Positions 35,601-48,345 of a stretch of 64,000 bases of DNA are shown here, one piece after another; the first letter of the stretch is position 1; the number at the start of each line of letters is the position of its first letter. The notes below the pieces were generated by a model. The model was given only the letters and a program-made list of their open reading frames with translations, was not told the DNA's origin and searched no databases. The DNA comes from Macrostomum hystrix (taxonomy: Eukaryota; Animalia; Platyhelminthes). A program made the position numbers and the translations under genes. The stretch covers positions 23,312,001 to 23,376,000 of the forward strand of contig CATNEN010000001.1 in NCBI GenBank assembly GCA_950097015.1, written 5' to 3'.

Positions 35601-38600
35601 TTAACGTTTTGACGTGCGCTATTGCTGCTGCTGATGCATGAGCTAGTGCCATATGCAGCCGAGTGAAGGAGTTGTAGCCTAGTGAAGGGTTGTAGCCTAG
35701 AGAAGGAGTTGTAGCCTAGTGAAGGGGTTGTATCCTAGTGAAGGGGTTGTATCCTAGTGAAGGGGTTGTATCCTAGTGAAGGAGTTGTAGCCTAGAGAAG
35801 GGGTTGTATCCTAGTGAAGGGGTTGTAGCCTAGTGAAGGGGTTGTATCCTAGTGAAGGGGTTGTATCCTAGTGAAGGGGTTGTATCCTAGTGAAGGGGTT
35901 GTATCCTAGTGAAGGGGTTGTATCCTAGTGAAGGGGTTGTATCCTAGTGAAGGGGTTGTATCCTAGTGAAGGGGTTGTATCCTAGTGAAGGGGTTGTATC
36001 CTAGTGAATGGGTTGTAGCCTAGTGAAGGGGTTGTAGCCTAGTGAAGGGGTTGTAGCCTAGTGAAGGGGTTGTATCCTAGTGAAGGGGTTGTATCCTAGT
36101 GAAGGGGTTGTATCCTAGTGAAGGGGTTGTATCCTAGTGAAGGGGTTGTATCCTAGTGAATGGGTTGTAGCCTAGTGAAGGGGTTGTAGCCTAGTGAAGG
36201 AGTTGTAGCCTAGTGAAGGGGTTGTATCCTAGTGAAGGGGTTGTAGCCTAGTGAAGGGGTTGTATCCTAGTGAAGGGGTTGTATCCTAGTGAAGGGGTTG
36301 TAGCCTAGTGAAGGGGTTGTATCCTAGTGAAGGGGTTGTATCCTAGTGAAGGGGTTGTAGCCTAGTGAAGGGGTTGTATCCTAGTGAAGGGGTTGTAGCC
36401 TAGTGAAGGGGTTGTATCCTAGTGAAGGGGTTGTATCCTAGTGAAGGAGTTGTAGCCTAGAGAAGGGGTTGTATCCTAGTGAAGGGGTTGTAGCCTAGTG
36501 AAGGGGTTGTATCCTAGTGAAGGGGTTGTATCCTAGTGAAGGGGTTGTATCCTAGTGAAGGGGTTGTATCCTAGTGAATGGGTTGTAGCCTAGTGAAGGG
36601 GTTGTAGCCTAGTGAAGGAGTTGTAGCCTAGTGAAGGGGTTGTATCCTAGTGAAGGGGTTGTATCCTAGTGAAGGAGTTGTAGCCTAGAGAAGGGGTTGT
36701 ATCCTAGTGAAGGGGTTGTATCCTAGTGAAGGGGTTGTATCCTAGTGAAGGAGTTGTAGCCTAGAGAAGGGGTTGTATCCTAGTGAAGGGGTTGTAGCCT
36801 AGTGAAGGGGTTGTATCCTAGTGAAGGGGTTGTATCCTAGTGAAGGGGTTGTATCCTAGTGAAGGAGTTGTAGCCTAGTGAAGGGGTTGTATCCTAGTGA
36901 AGGGGTTGTATCCTAGTGAAGGAGTTGTAGCCTAGAGAAGGGGTTGTATCCTAGTGAAGGGGTTGTAGCCTAGTGAAGGGGTTGTATCCTAGTGAAGGGG
37001 TTGTATCCTAGTGAAGGGGTTGTAGCCTAGTGAAGGGGTTGTATCCTAGTGAAGGGGTTGTATCCTAGTGAAGGAGTTGTAGCCTAGAGAAGGGGTTGTA
37101 TCCTAGTGAAGGGGTTGTAGCCTAGTGAAGGGGTTGTATCCTAGTGAAGGGGTTGTATCCTAGTGAAGGGGTTGTATCCTAGTGAATGGGTTGTATCCTA
37201 GTGAAGGGGTTGTAGCCTAGATAAGGGGTTGTATCCTAGTGAAGGGGTTGTAGCCTAGTGAAGGGGTTGTAGCCTAGATAAGGGGTTGTATCCTAGTGAA
37301 GGGGTTGTAGCCTAGTGAAGGGGTTGTATCCTAGTGAAGGGGTTGTATCCTAGTGAAGGGGTTGTAGAAGTGGTTGTATCCTAGTGAAGGGGTTGTATCC
37401 TAGTGAAGGGGTTGTAGCCTAGTGAAGGGGTTGTAGCCTAGTGAAGGGGTTGCAGCCTAGTAAAGGGGTTGTAGCCTAGTGAAGGGGTTGTATCCTAGTG
37501 AAGGGGTTGTAGCCTAGTGAAGGGGTTGTATCCTAGTGAAGGGGTTGTAGAAGTGGTTGTATCCTAGTGAAGGGGTTGTATCCTAGTGAAGGGGTTGTAG
37601 CCTAGTGAAGGGGTTGTAGCCTAGTGAAGGGGTTGCAGCCTAGTAAAGGGGTTGTAGCCTAGTGAAGGGGTTGTATCCTAGTGAAGGGGTTGTAGCCTTA
37701 TGGTTAGATTTTCGGAACCCTCACAACTTGAAGGTCCGGGGTTCGAATCCCGACTCCATTGGAGCAATCGGTGCCTCATTGTCTTGACACTTTACTCTGC
37801 ATTTAGTAGTTTGGTAACCCCAGTCCATGGACTGAACAGCCGTACGCAGCCTTCAGATGCGCCGTGCAATAGCTGCGGCTTTTGCTAAGTTTTGGCAGGT
37901 GTAATCAGTTATTAATGTTACAGTTTTCATAGGCCAGTGACCAGTGAAACCTATGAATTCGTGGTAATTTCTCATTTGTTCACTTATTTACAGCTAGCTA
38001 GACCTAGCTTTACAAATGAGCGATTGACCATAAGCGAAATTCTCTCTAGTTGACATAATAATTATCATTGAATGATCTGATGAACTGCGAAATACATTTG
38101 CTTATTCTGTTAGCTAGCATTGTGTACAACAACCTGTCAACTGTAACCTCAGTGGTATTGCATTGCCAACTTCAGCCAACCTATTAATATGTTTAATAGC
38201 GTTGTTCTGTTCCGCCAAATATTTTAATCGTTGTATGGTTCGGTTAGGTGATATTAAACATACACTTCTTAAATTAGACTAAATAACTTTTTAACGTATG
38301 CTTTAAACTACAATTTATAACAAAACATTACGAATTAATTTCTGTGCTTTTTTGCAAATCATTTAATTTTTAGGAACGAAAGAAAAATGATGTCACAGGT
38401 GGTGCATCAGTGAGTAAAATTGTGTTTTAAAATAACTCTTAATTTCACACTATTTTCTAGCTGTTAGACACAGAATCACACCTGTTCTACGCATGCCCAG
38501 CTGTGTTAGACACAGAATCACACCTGTTCTAAGCATGCCCAGCTGTGTTAGACACAGAATCACACCTGTTCTACGCATGCCCAGCTGTGTTAGACACAAT

Positions 38601-41600
38601 CACACCTGTTCTACGCATGCCCAGCTGTGTTAGACACAGAATCACACCTGTTCTACGCATGCCCAGCTGTGTTAGACACAGAATCACACCTGTTCTACGC
38701 ATGCCCAGCTGTGTTAGACACAGAATAACACCTGTTCTACGCATGCCCAGCTGTGTTAGACACAGAATCACACCTGTTCTAGGCATTTCCAACCGTGTTA
38801 GACACAGAATCACACTTGTTCTAGGCATTCCAACCCTGTTAGACACAGAATCTCACCTGTTCTAAGCTTTTCCGACCCTGTTAGACACAGAATCACACCT
38901 GTTCTAGGCATTTCCGACTCTGTTAGACACAGAATCACACCTGTTCTAGGCATCTCCAACCGTGTTAGACACAGAATCACACCTGTTCTAGGCATTTCCA
39001 ACCGTGTTAGACACAGAATCACACTTGTTCTAGGCATTCCAACCCTGTTAGACACAGAATCTCACCTGTTCTAAGCTTTTCCGACCCTGTTAGACACAGA
39101 ATCACACCTGTTCTAGGCATTTCCGACTCTGTTAGACACAGAATCACACCTGTTCTAGGCATCTCCAACCGTGTTAGACACAGAATCTCACCTGTTCTAA
39201 GCATTCCAACCCTGTTAGACACAGAATCACACCTGTTCTAGGCATTTCCAACCCTATTAGACACAGAATCACACCTGTTCTAAACATTTCCGACCCTGTT
39301 AGACACAGAATCACACCTGTTCTAAACATTTCCGACCCTGTTAGACACAGAATCACACCTTTTCTAGGCATCTCCAACCGTGTTAGACACAGAATCTCAC
39401 CTGTTCTAGGCATTTCCAACCGTGTTAGACACAGAATCACACCTGTTCTAGGCATTTCCAACCGTGTTAGACACAGAATCACACCTTTTCTAGGCATCTC
39501 CAACCGTGTTAGACACAGAATCACACCTTTTCTAGGCATCTCCAACCGTGTTAGACACAGAATCTCACCTGTTCTAAGCATTCCAACCGTGTTAGACACA
39601 GAATCACACCTGTTCTAGGCATTTCCAACCGTGTTAGACACAGAATCACACCTGTTCTAGGCATTTCCAACCGTGTTAGACACAGAATCACACCTGTTCT
39701 AGGCATTTCCAACCGTGTTAGACACAGAATCACACCTGTTCTACGCATGCCCAGCTGTGTTAGACACAGAATAACACCTGTTCTACGCATGCCCAGCTGT
39801 GTTAGACACAGAATCACACCTGTTCTACGCATGCCCAGCTGTGTTAGACACAGAATAACACCTGTTCTACGCATGCCCAGCTGTGTTAGACACAGAATCA
39901 CACCTGTTCTAGGCATTTCCAACCGTGTTAGACACAGAATCACACTTGTTCTAGGCATTCCAACCCTGTTAGACACAGAATCTCACCTGTTCTAAGCTTT
40001 TCCGACCCTGTTAGACACAGAATCACACCTGTTCTAAACATTTCCGACCCTGTTAGACACAGAATCACACCTTTTCTAGGCATCTCCAACCGTGTTAGAC
40101 ACAGAATCTCACCTGTTCTAGGCATTTCCGACTCTGTTAGACACAGAATCACACCTGTTCTAGGCATCTCCAACCGTGTTAGACACAGAATCACACCTTT
40201 TCTAGGCATCTCCAACCGTGTTAGACACAGAATCTCACCTGTTCTAAGCATTCCAACCGTGTTAGACACAGAATCACACCTGTTCTAGGCATTTCCAACC
40301 GTGTTAGACACAGAATCACACCTGTTCTAGGCATTTCCAACCGTGTTAGACACAGAATCACACCTGTTCTAGGCATTTCCAACCGTGTTAGACACAGAAT
40401 CACACCTGTTCTAGGCATTTCCAACCGTGTTAGACACAGAATCACACCTGTTCTAGGCATTTCCGACCGTGTTAGACACAGAATCTCACCTGTTCTAAGC
40501 ATTCCAACCGTGTTAGACACAGAATCACACCTGTTCTAGGCATTTCCGACCGTGTTAGACACAGAATCTCACCTGTTCTAAGCATTCCAACCGTGTTAGA
40601 CACAGAATCACACCTGTTCTAGGCATTTCCAACCCTATTAGACACAGAATCACACCTGTTCTAAACATTTCCGACCCTGTTAGACACCAAATCACACCTG
40701 TTCTAATCATTTCCGACCCTGTTAGACACAGAATCACACCTTTTCTAGGCATTTCCAACCGTGTTAGACACCGAATCACTCCTGTTCTAGGCATCTCCAA
40801 CCGTGTTAGACACAATCACTCCTGTTCTCAAGTTGTCGACGTGTTCACGTTAGACACTTCATCTCACCTGTAATTTTCAGAGCGAACTCATCGACACCGC
40901 TTTCTCGTCTGGCTCCGATCCATGGGCCACACCTGTTACCGCAACCGCATCAGCGTCCCTAGCAACCGGTGGTGGCCAGTTGCCTAGCAACGGCTTCAAC
41001 AGCGGCGCAGATCCTTGGGGCGGCTCTGCTGTCGTTTCGTCCTCCGAAGACCCGTGGGGTGGCTCTGGCGCAGTTGGCGGCCATTCCGCTATTGATTCAG
41101 GTAAATAAAACAGGCTCTATTCATGTTTCAGAAATGGTATAATGCAGAACAAAAAACACCACTGGCAGCCTTTTCAACAGCTCCGGCATCGAGCAGCATC
41201 GATCCTTGGTCAGCGGCTACCTCTGCAGCCCCGACTGCCAGCGTGGCGTCTTCTCAGCCGCCGGCCAGGCAAGCGCCGATGGACGAATTCGATTTCCTGG
41301 GCACGCGGGATGCTTCCGGAAGCGGCTTTGCCACTGCGGGTGAGAAGCTGTTTGTTCTAGATCTAGTATTCCTTCATTGTTCTAGATCTAGTAGTCCTTA
41401 ATTGTTCTAGATCTAGTAGTCCTTCATTGTTCTGGATCTTGTAGTCCTTCATTGTTCTGGATCTTGTAGTCCTTCATTGTTCTGGATCTTGTAGTCCTTC
41501 ATTGTTCTGGATCTTGTAGTCCTTTAGTGTTCTATATCTAGTTGTCCTTCATTGTTCTATATCTAGTAGTCCTTTAGTGTTCTAGATCTAGTAGTCTTTC

Positions 41601-44600
41601 ATTTTTCTAGATCTAGTAGTCCTACATTGTTCTAGATCTAGTAGTCCTTCATTGTTCTAGATCTAGTAGTCCTTCATTGTTCTAGATCTAGCTAGTAGTC
41701 CTTCATTGTTCTAGATCTAGTAGTCCTTCATTGTTCTAGATCTAGTAGTCCTTCATTGTTCTAGATCTAGCTAGTAGTCCTTCATTGTTCTAGATCTAGT
41801 AGTCCTTCATTGTTCTAGATCTAGTAGTCCTTCATTGTTCTAGATCTAGTAGTCCTTTAGTGTTCTAGATCTAGTAGTCCTTCATTGTTCTAGATCTAGT
41901 AGTCCTTCATTGTTCTAGATCTAGTAGTCCTTAATTGTTCTAGATCTAGTAGTCCTTCATTGTTCTGGATCTTGTAGTCCTTCATTGTTCTGGATCTTGT
42001 AGTCCTTTAGTGTTCTATATCTAGTTGTCCTTCATTGTTCTATATCTAGTAGTCCTTTAGTGTTCTAGATCTAGTAGTCTTTCATTGTTCTAGATCTAGT
42101 AGTCCTTCATTGTTCTAGATCTAGTAGTCCTTCATTGTTCTAGATCTAGCTAGTAGTCCTTCATTGTTCTAGATCTAGCTAGTAGTCCTACATTGTTCTA
42201 GATCTAGTAGTCCTTCATTGTTCTAGATCTAGTAGTCCTTCATTGTTCTAGATCTAGCTAGTAGTCCTTCATTGTTCTAGATCTAGTAGTCCTTCATTGT
42301 TCTAGATCTAGTAGTCCTTCATTGTTCTAGATCTAGCTAGTAGTCCTTCATTGTTCTAGATCTAGTAGTCCTTCATTGTTCTAGATCTAGTAGTCCTTCA
42401 TTGTTCTAGATCTAGTAGTCCTTTAGTGTTCTAGATCTAGTAGTCCTTCATTGTTCTAGATCTAGTAGTCCTTCATTGTTCTAGATCTAGTAGTCCTTAA
42501 TTGTTCTAGATCTAGTAGTCCTTCATTGTTCTGGATCTTGTAGTCCTTCATTGTTCTGGATCTTGTAGTCCTTTAGTGTTCTATATCTAGTTGTCCTTCA
42601 TTGTTCTATATCTAGTAGTCCTTTAGTGTTCTAGATCTAGTAGTCTTTCATTGTTCTAGATCTAGTAGTCCTTCATTGTTCTAGATCTAGTAGTCCTTCA
42701 TTGTTCTAGATCTAGCTAGTAGTCCTTCATTGTTCTAGATCTAGCTAGTAGTCCTTCATTGTTCTAGATCTAGCTAGTAGTCCTTCATTGTTCTAGATCT
42801 AGCTAGTAGTCCTTCATTGTTCTAGATCTAGCTAGTAGTCCTTCATTGTTCTAGATCTAGCTAGTAGTCCTTCATTGTTCTAGATCTAGCTAGTAGTCCT
42901 TCATTGTTCTAGATCTAGCTAGTAGTCCTTCATTGTTCTAGATCTAGCTAGTAGTCCTTCATTGTTCTAGATCTAGCTAGTAGTCCTTCATTGTTCTAGA
43001 TCTAGCTAGTAGTCCTTCATTGTTCTAGATCTAGTAGTCCTTTAGTGTTCTAGATCTAGTAGCCCTTTACTGTTCTATATCTAGTTGTCCTTCATTGTTC
43101 TATATCTAGTAGTCCTTTAGTGTTCTAGATCTAGTAGTCCTTCATTGTTCTAGATCTAGTAGTCCTTCATTGTTCTAGATCTAGTAGTCCTTCATTGTTC
43201 TAGATCTAGTTGTCCTTCATTGTTCTAGATCTAGTAGTTCTTAATTGTTCTATATCTAGTTGTCCTTCATTGTTCTATATCTAGTAGTCCTTTAGTGTTC
43301 TACATCTAGTAGTCCTTCATTGTTCTAGATCTTGTAGCCCTTTACTGTTCTATATCTAGTTGTCCTTCATTGTTCTAGATCTAGTTGTCCTTTAGTGTTC
43401 TAGATCTAGTAGTCCTTTATTGTTCTAGATCTAGTAGTTCTTAATTGTTCTAGATCTAGTAGTCCTTTAGTGTTCTATATCTAGTTGTCCTTCACTGTTC
43501 TATATCTAGTTGTCCTTCATTGTTCTAGATCTAGTAGTCCTTAATTGTTCTGGATCTTGTAGTCCTTCATTGTTCTACATCTAGTAGTCCTTCATTGTTC
43601 TAGAACAATGAACATTTAGTTTTCTAGTCTAATAGCCTATTAAATACATTTTCCTACTAGATCTAGAAGCCCTCATAACAACATACCAATTCCCAATTTC
43701 AATTCCCTCCATAGCAAACGCATTCGGCGATGCTAGCTCCGGTATGGTCGGCAGCGGCTCCCAAGGCGACCTTCTAGGCGGCGGTGGAGGCGGTTTCGCA
43801 GATCCGTACTCCCAGATGATGGCTCAGCAGCAGCAGCAGCCAGCTAGGGCCAAGTCAGCCATGGATTTCTTAGGCGAGCATGGCGGCCTTGTTAACCTTG
43901 ATAGTTTGGTCACTAAGCCCAAGGGTGAGTTGATTTTTGTATGCTATTTTCTCATTTGTTTAATTCAGTTTCTGCCATTTTCTCATTTGTTTAATTCAGT
44001 TTCTGCCATTTTCTCATTTGTTTAATTCAGTTTCTGCCATTTTCTCATTTGTTTAATTCAGTTTCTGCCATTTTCTCATTTGTTTAATTCAGTTTCTGTC
44101 ATTTTCTCATTTGTTTAATTCAGTTTCTGCCATTTTCTCATTTGTTTAATTCAGTTTCTGCCATTTTCTCATTTGTTTAATTCAGTTTCTGCCATTTTCT
44201 CATTTGTTTCATTCAGTTTCTGCCATTTTCTCATTTGTTTAATTCAGTTTCTGCCATTTTCTCATTTGTTTAATTCAGTTTCTGCCATTTTCTCATTTGT
44301 TTAATTCAGTTTCTGCCATTTTCTCATTTGTTTAATTCAGTTTCTGCCATTTTCTCATTTGTTTAATTCAGTTTCTGCCATTTTTACACGCATATTTTAC
44401 CCGCACCCAACTGCAGCAGCGGAGCCATTGTTTAACGTGTTCGGTAAATTGTCAGCAATTTATGATTGCATGCTTCGATGCTTTGTCATTATATTATATA
44501 ATTCTATTGTGTTCATCTTCAGTTTAGATACTTTAGGGCAACAGTTATTTACCATCTAACATTGTTCAGATTAACCAATGCCCAGTTAGTCGCAATGCAC

Positions 44601-46021
44601 GATTGTGACGGGACAGTATAAGAATTGCCAATAACTTTGCATGCGCTATTTTTTGTGCTGTAAAAGCTGGTTGTTTAACACTAAAATCTGAAATCTGCTT
44701 AAACTGGAATCAGCCCAGTCTAGAATCAGCCCAATCTAGAATCAGCCCAATCTAGAATCAGCCCAGTCTAGAATCAGCCCAATCTAGAATCAGCCCAGTC
44801 TAGAAACCGCCAAATCTAGAATCAGCCCAGTCTAGAATCAGCCCAGTCTAGAATCAGCCCAATCTAGAATCAGACCAGTCTAGAATCAGCCCAATCTAGA
44901 ATCAGCCCAGTCTAGAAACCGCCAAATCTAGAATCAGCCCAGTCTAGAATCAGCCCAGTCTAGAATCAGACCAGTCTAGAATCAGCCCAGTCTAGAAACC
45001 GCCAAATCTAGAATCAGCCCAGTCTAGAATCAGCCCAGTCTAGAATCAGCCCAGTCTAGAATCAGCCCAGTCTAGAATCAGCCCAGTCTAGAATCAGCCC
45101 AGTCTAGAAACCGCCAAATCTAGAATCAGCCCAATCCAGAATCTGCCCAATCCAGAATCAACCCAATCCAGAATCAGCCCAATTCAGAATCAGTCCAATT
45201 CAGAATCTGCCCGATTCAGAATCAGCCCAATCTAAAATCAGCCTAGTCTAGAAACTGTCCAATCCATAATCTGCCCAATCCAGAATCTGCCCAATCCAGA
45301 ATCAACCCAATCCAGAATCAGCCCAATCCAGAATCTGCCCAATCTAAAATCAGCCCAATCTAGAATCAGTCTAGTCTAGAAACTGCCCGATCCAGAATCT
45401 GCCCAATCTAGAATCAGCCCAGTTTAGAAACCGCCAAATCTAGAATCAGCCCAGTCTCTAAACCGCCAAATCTACTCGTAGAATTAGCCCAATCCAGAAT
45501 CTGCCCAATCCAGAATCAGCCCAGTCTCGAAACCGCCAAATCTAGAATTAGCCCAATCCAGAATCTGCCAATTCAGAATCAGCCCAATCCAGAATCTGCC
45601 AATCCAGAATCTGCCAATTCAGAATCAGCCCAATCCAGAATCTGCCTCGCTGAAAACTGCCAAAAACTCCGCAGGTTCCGCCGGTGCCTCGAATCCCTTC
45701 GGCGGCGGCGTCAGCGTGTTTGGCAATGCGGGCCCAGCCGGTCGGTCGCCCTCTGCAGCGGCCAATCCGTTCCAGCAGCAGCAGCACGCAGCCGGGCCGA
45801 CCCTAGCGGAGTTGCAGCATCGCCAGCAACAGCAATCTTCCGCGGGCTTTCAATCCAACGATTTCTCCGGAGGCCTACCGCCGCCGCTGATACAGGCGCC
45901 ACAGCAGCAGCCGCTCTTCAATGCGCCCGTGATGAACAACTACCCGGCTGCCAACAATCCCTGGGGCGCTCACGCGCAACAACAGCAGCAGCAGCAGCAG
46001 GCGTTCAATCCGTTTCTATAG
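32694..46021 (+). CDS. EPN: Epsin (ENTH-UIM-DPW-NPF), 572 aa; exons 32694-33190, 34066-34282, 38374-38409, 40881-41100, 41148-41339, 43715-43924, 45675-46021
   Basis: ENTH domain (NYSDAQVKVREATSNDPWGP...NWRHVYKAL), two UIMs, four C-terminal-region DPW motifs, FLGEHGGLVNLDSLV, three NPF motifs ending NPFL*; all introns GT-AG with compatible phases, CDS 1719 nt. Confidence 0.93.
33338..33910. repeat. 40-bp intronic minisatellite, ~14 copies
   Basis: gagacaggttactatagattgattgacaggtaagagtaaa. Confidence 0.95.
34690..34910 (+). mobile_element. SINE family B copy, degenerate head
   Basis: Body is homologous to the reverse complements of 56320-56610 and 63247-63566. Confidence 0.75.
35663..37699. 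repeat. 19-bp minisatellite, ~107 copies
   Basis: gaaggggttgta(t/g)cctagt; runs directly into the SINE A head. Confidence 0.97.
37683..37905 (+). mobile_element. SINE family A copy
   Basis: ggttgtagccttatggttag...GGTTCGAATCC...ccagtccatggactgaacagccgtacgcagccttcagatgcgcc, homologous to 19611-19905. Confidence 0.8.
38462..40830. repeat. 41-42-bp minisatellite, ~56 copies, several variant types
   Basis: tgttagacacagaatcacacctgttctaggcatttccaaccg and variants; fills almost all of epsin intron 3. Confidence 0.97.
41352..43612. repeat. 25/29-bp minisatellite, ~88 copies
   Basis: ttcattgttctagatctag(ctag)tagtcc. Confidence 0.97.
43945..44385. repeat. 31-bp minisatellite, ~14 copies
   Basis: ccattttctcatttgtttaattcagtttctg. 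Confidence 0.95.
44705..45648. repeat. 16-bp minisatellite, ~59 copies, decaying rightwards
   Basis: agaatcagccca(g/a)tct and variants. Confidence 0.95.
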
Positions 46022-46319
46022 TGAAATCTACTTTAATTTTTTTCTCTTTCCACCGCGGACAGTCTAGAGTCAATGCGAGCGAGACAGATTTTTTAAGTCG
46101 CTTATTTTCTTAGTAGTTTACACACAGTTTCTCATACATTCTGTTGTCTGTATTGTGTGCGTTTTGAGACTGGTTGTGTTTTTGTAGTTTTCGATCGTTT
46201 TAAGCTAAACTTAACTAGAGCGTAAAATTTTATTTATGACTAAAATAGACATATTCTAAGGGTTTAGAAAGTTTAAATTATTATAAATTTAGTAATTACT
46301 AAATTTCTTTGTTCTTGTT

Positions 46320-46385
46320 ATTGGTTCGAACTCGCGACCTTACTGTTACGAGTCCAGTGCCTTTCGACATCACTCTACGGCTCCG
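46320..46385 (-). mobile_element. tRNA-like SINE head remnant
   Basis: Minus strand ggagccgtag...ggtcgcgagttcgaacc (B-box); no 3' acceptor arm. Confidence 0.5.
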
Positions 46386-47169
46386 CGCTATATTGAATTA
46401 CGAGTTTGATTGGCTCCTTAAGGGAATGAAAATTATAATATTTTTCTATACATGTCGGCTAGTAATTTTTTAAACTTCATCAAATAATTTCTGTGCTTTT
46501 TTAGAAGCCAATCAGTTTGTTTGGTCCTTATGGGAATTTATCTTACTTTAATACATTATTTTTGTGAATTCTTAATCTTCTGCTTCACTTGGCTACTATC
46601 TCGAGAATTACTTTTCACTGTTTGTATACCTTAATAATTTTTTTCCATATAATGTTTTATTTTATCGACTTATTTTGTTGTTTTCTGTAGCGATTTTGGA
46701 CAAAAATATTTATTTATTGTGATAATTTAAAACCTATTCAACTGCTTTTTATTAATTTATTACATTTTTAGGTCGTTGTCGGGTAATTCGGCTTACAATT
46801 ACATTACACTACTATTAGTAGATTGCAAGCGAGAAAAATTGTCATTTATTTTTCTTTGTGCCATTTGTATCCAATTATTTTAAATTTGATCAATTGATTA
46901 AAAACAGGCAATTATTGTTTTTAAAAGACCTATATTCAGAGGCCAAAGCAATGCCTAATTATGCTTATTTTTGCTTCAACTTGGCTTTCTTGTTAATTTT
47001 AGTTTTTTAACTCAGCAGTAACGCGTGGTGAATTTCGATTTACTCACCTCGTCTCTTCTTAATGCCACAAAACTGCTTGATTTTTCCTGTCTTTTAATTC
47101 ATTTTATATCTTCCTTTCAAATTTGTACACATAATTTTGTGTTATCCACTGTTAATGCGTACATATATG

Positions 47170-47179
47170 CCTGTCTGGC

Positions 47180-47216
<37 letters not shown>

Positions 47217-47217
47217 G
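47170..47217. repeat. (CTGT)n microsatellite
   Basis: Direct observation. Confidence 0.9.
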
Positions 47218-47824
47218 GTCATTGCTAGTAGTCTAGTTGGCAGTAATATATAATTCAATTGAAATCATTATTTGTAATAATTCTGTTATGCTACTGACTC
47301 AAGTAGTATAATTCTACCGGTAATGGAAGATGGCAAAATTGAATGACTAAACAAATGATAACTTTGAATTCGATTTAGTCTTCTGTGTTAGATTTTCACT
47401 GCTATTATATTTGTTCTATTTCGTACTGTGCAATAATAGTAATATTGTATTGTGCTGTCTAATATTCTAATTTATTATTATTTGCGTCTGAATGGTTTGT
47501 TGACTGGTCTGTACTAATTATCTGAAAAATAATTAGTAAAGAAAATTATAAATCAATCTATTCACAATTCACTCTAATTTGGCACAATGAATCAATGTTT
47601 ACTTTATTGTTACAAAACACCAGACCTGTACTTTTATTCCCATCTGTTTATGTAGCTGTCTTATTTCTTAAAATAATTAATAATCTTATCTTTTTTTAAT
47701 AAAACCACGAATAAATTTTTTGTGTTTTTAAGGACAAGCACTTGGTCGATTGAATTCGCGCTAAAAGTTACAAATTATCACTACTTTTTGTTTTTTTATC
47801 ATACTTTCTTTGCAAGCTGTTAAT

Positions 47825-48243
47825 CCGCTAAAAATAGGGATGTTTCTTTGGGTGATTCCAGTTGGAATCTGCGGTGTTTCCAGAAAAAGAAACAGCCGAA
47901 CACTGGAAACATACCAATCAGATGATTCCATGCTTAGAATCTACCCAACTGGGCGTTTTCTCGGTGCTTCTTGGTGGCGAAATGGAATCACCCAAAGAAT
48001 CCTCCAGTTCGGAAGATTCCATGCTTAGAAACCGCCGAGGAATCGCCCGTAAATAATTCTCTGGTTGTCCCATGGGCCACTGGTTCGGGTGATTCTTCGG
48101 CGGTTTCCGCACAATTTACGGTTACATCGGCTGCTTCCTGGGTGGTTTCTTTAACTCTTGCGAGATAGGGGGGATTTTGGTAGATTCCACTCCTATTTTG
48201 CACAAAAAAACCCGCCGAAGAAGCAGCCGAATTTTTTACAGGG
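47825..48243. mobile_element. Possible non-autonomous DNA transposon with subterminal repeats
   Basis: Recurrent gattccatgcttagaa and gccga(a/g)gaa motifs in both orientations; right end TTTTTTACAGGG resembles a CCCTGTAAAAA-type terminus; left end degenerate. Confidence 0.35.
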
Positions 48244-48292
48244 AAAGCTTTGCTCTCCTGACTGACAGGTCAGGAGACCTTCCTGGCTTCCT

Positions 48293-48345
48293 CCCAGTCC
48301 ATGGACTGAACAGTCGTACGCAGCCTTCAGATGCGCCGTGCTTGT
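48293..48345 (+). mobile_element. SINE family A 3' fragment
   Basis: cccagtccatggactgaacagtcgtacgcagccttcagatgcgccgtg. Confidence 0.7.

Noticed and set aside
38077-38092. CTGATGA...GAAA hammerhead-like core
   Set aside because: Only 5 nt between the motifs and no convincing flanking stems
38545-40815. ORFs such as MPRTGVILCLTRLE repeats
   Set aside because: Translation artefacts of an in-frame minisatellite lying in an epsin intron
38462-40830. CRISPR-like appearance (constant part plus variable part) of the 42-bp array and other arrays
   Set aside because: Variable parts are a few recurring variants, not unique spacers; eukaryotic intron context; no cas genes
41132-41147. TTTCAG acceptor at 41131 for epsin exon 5
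   Set aside because: Wrong phase (immediate stop); the AG at 41147 keeps the frame
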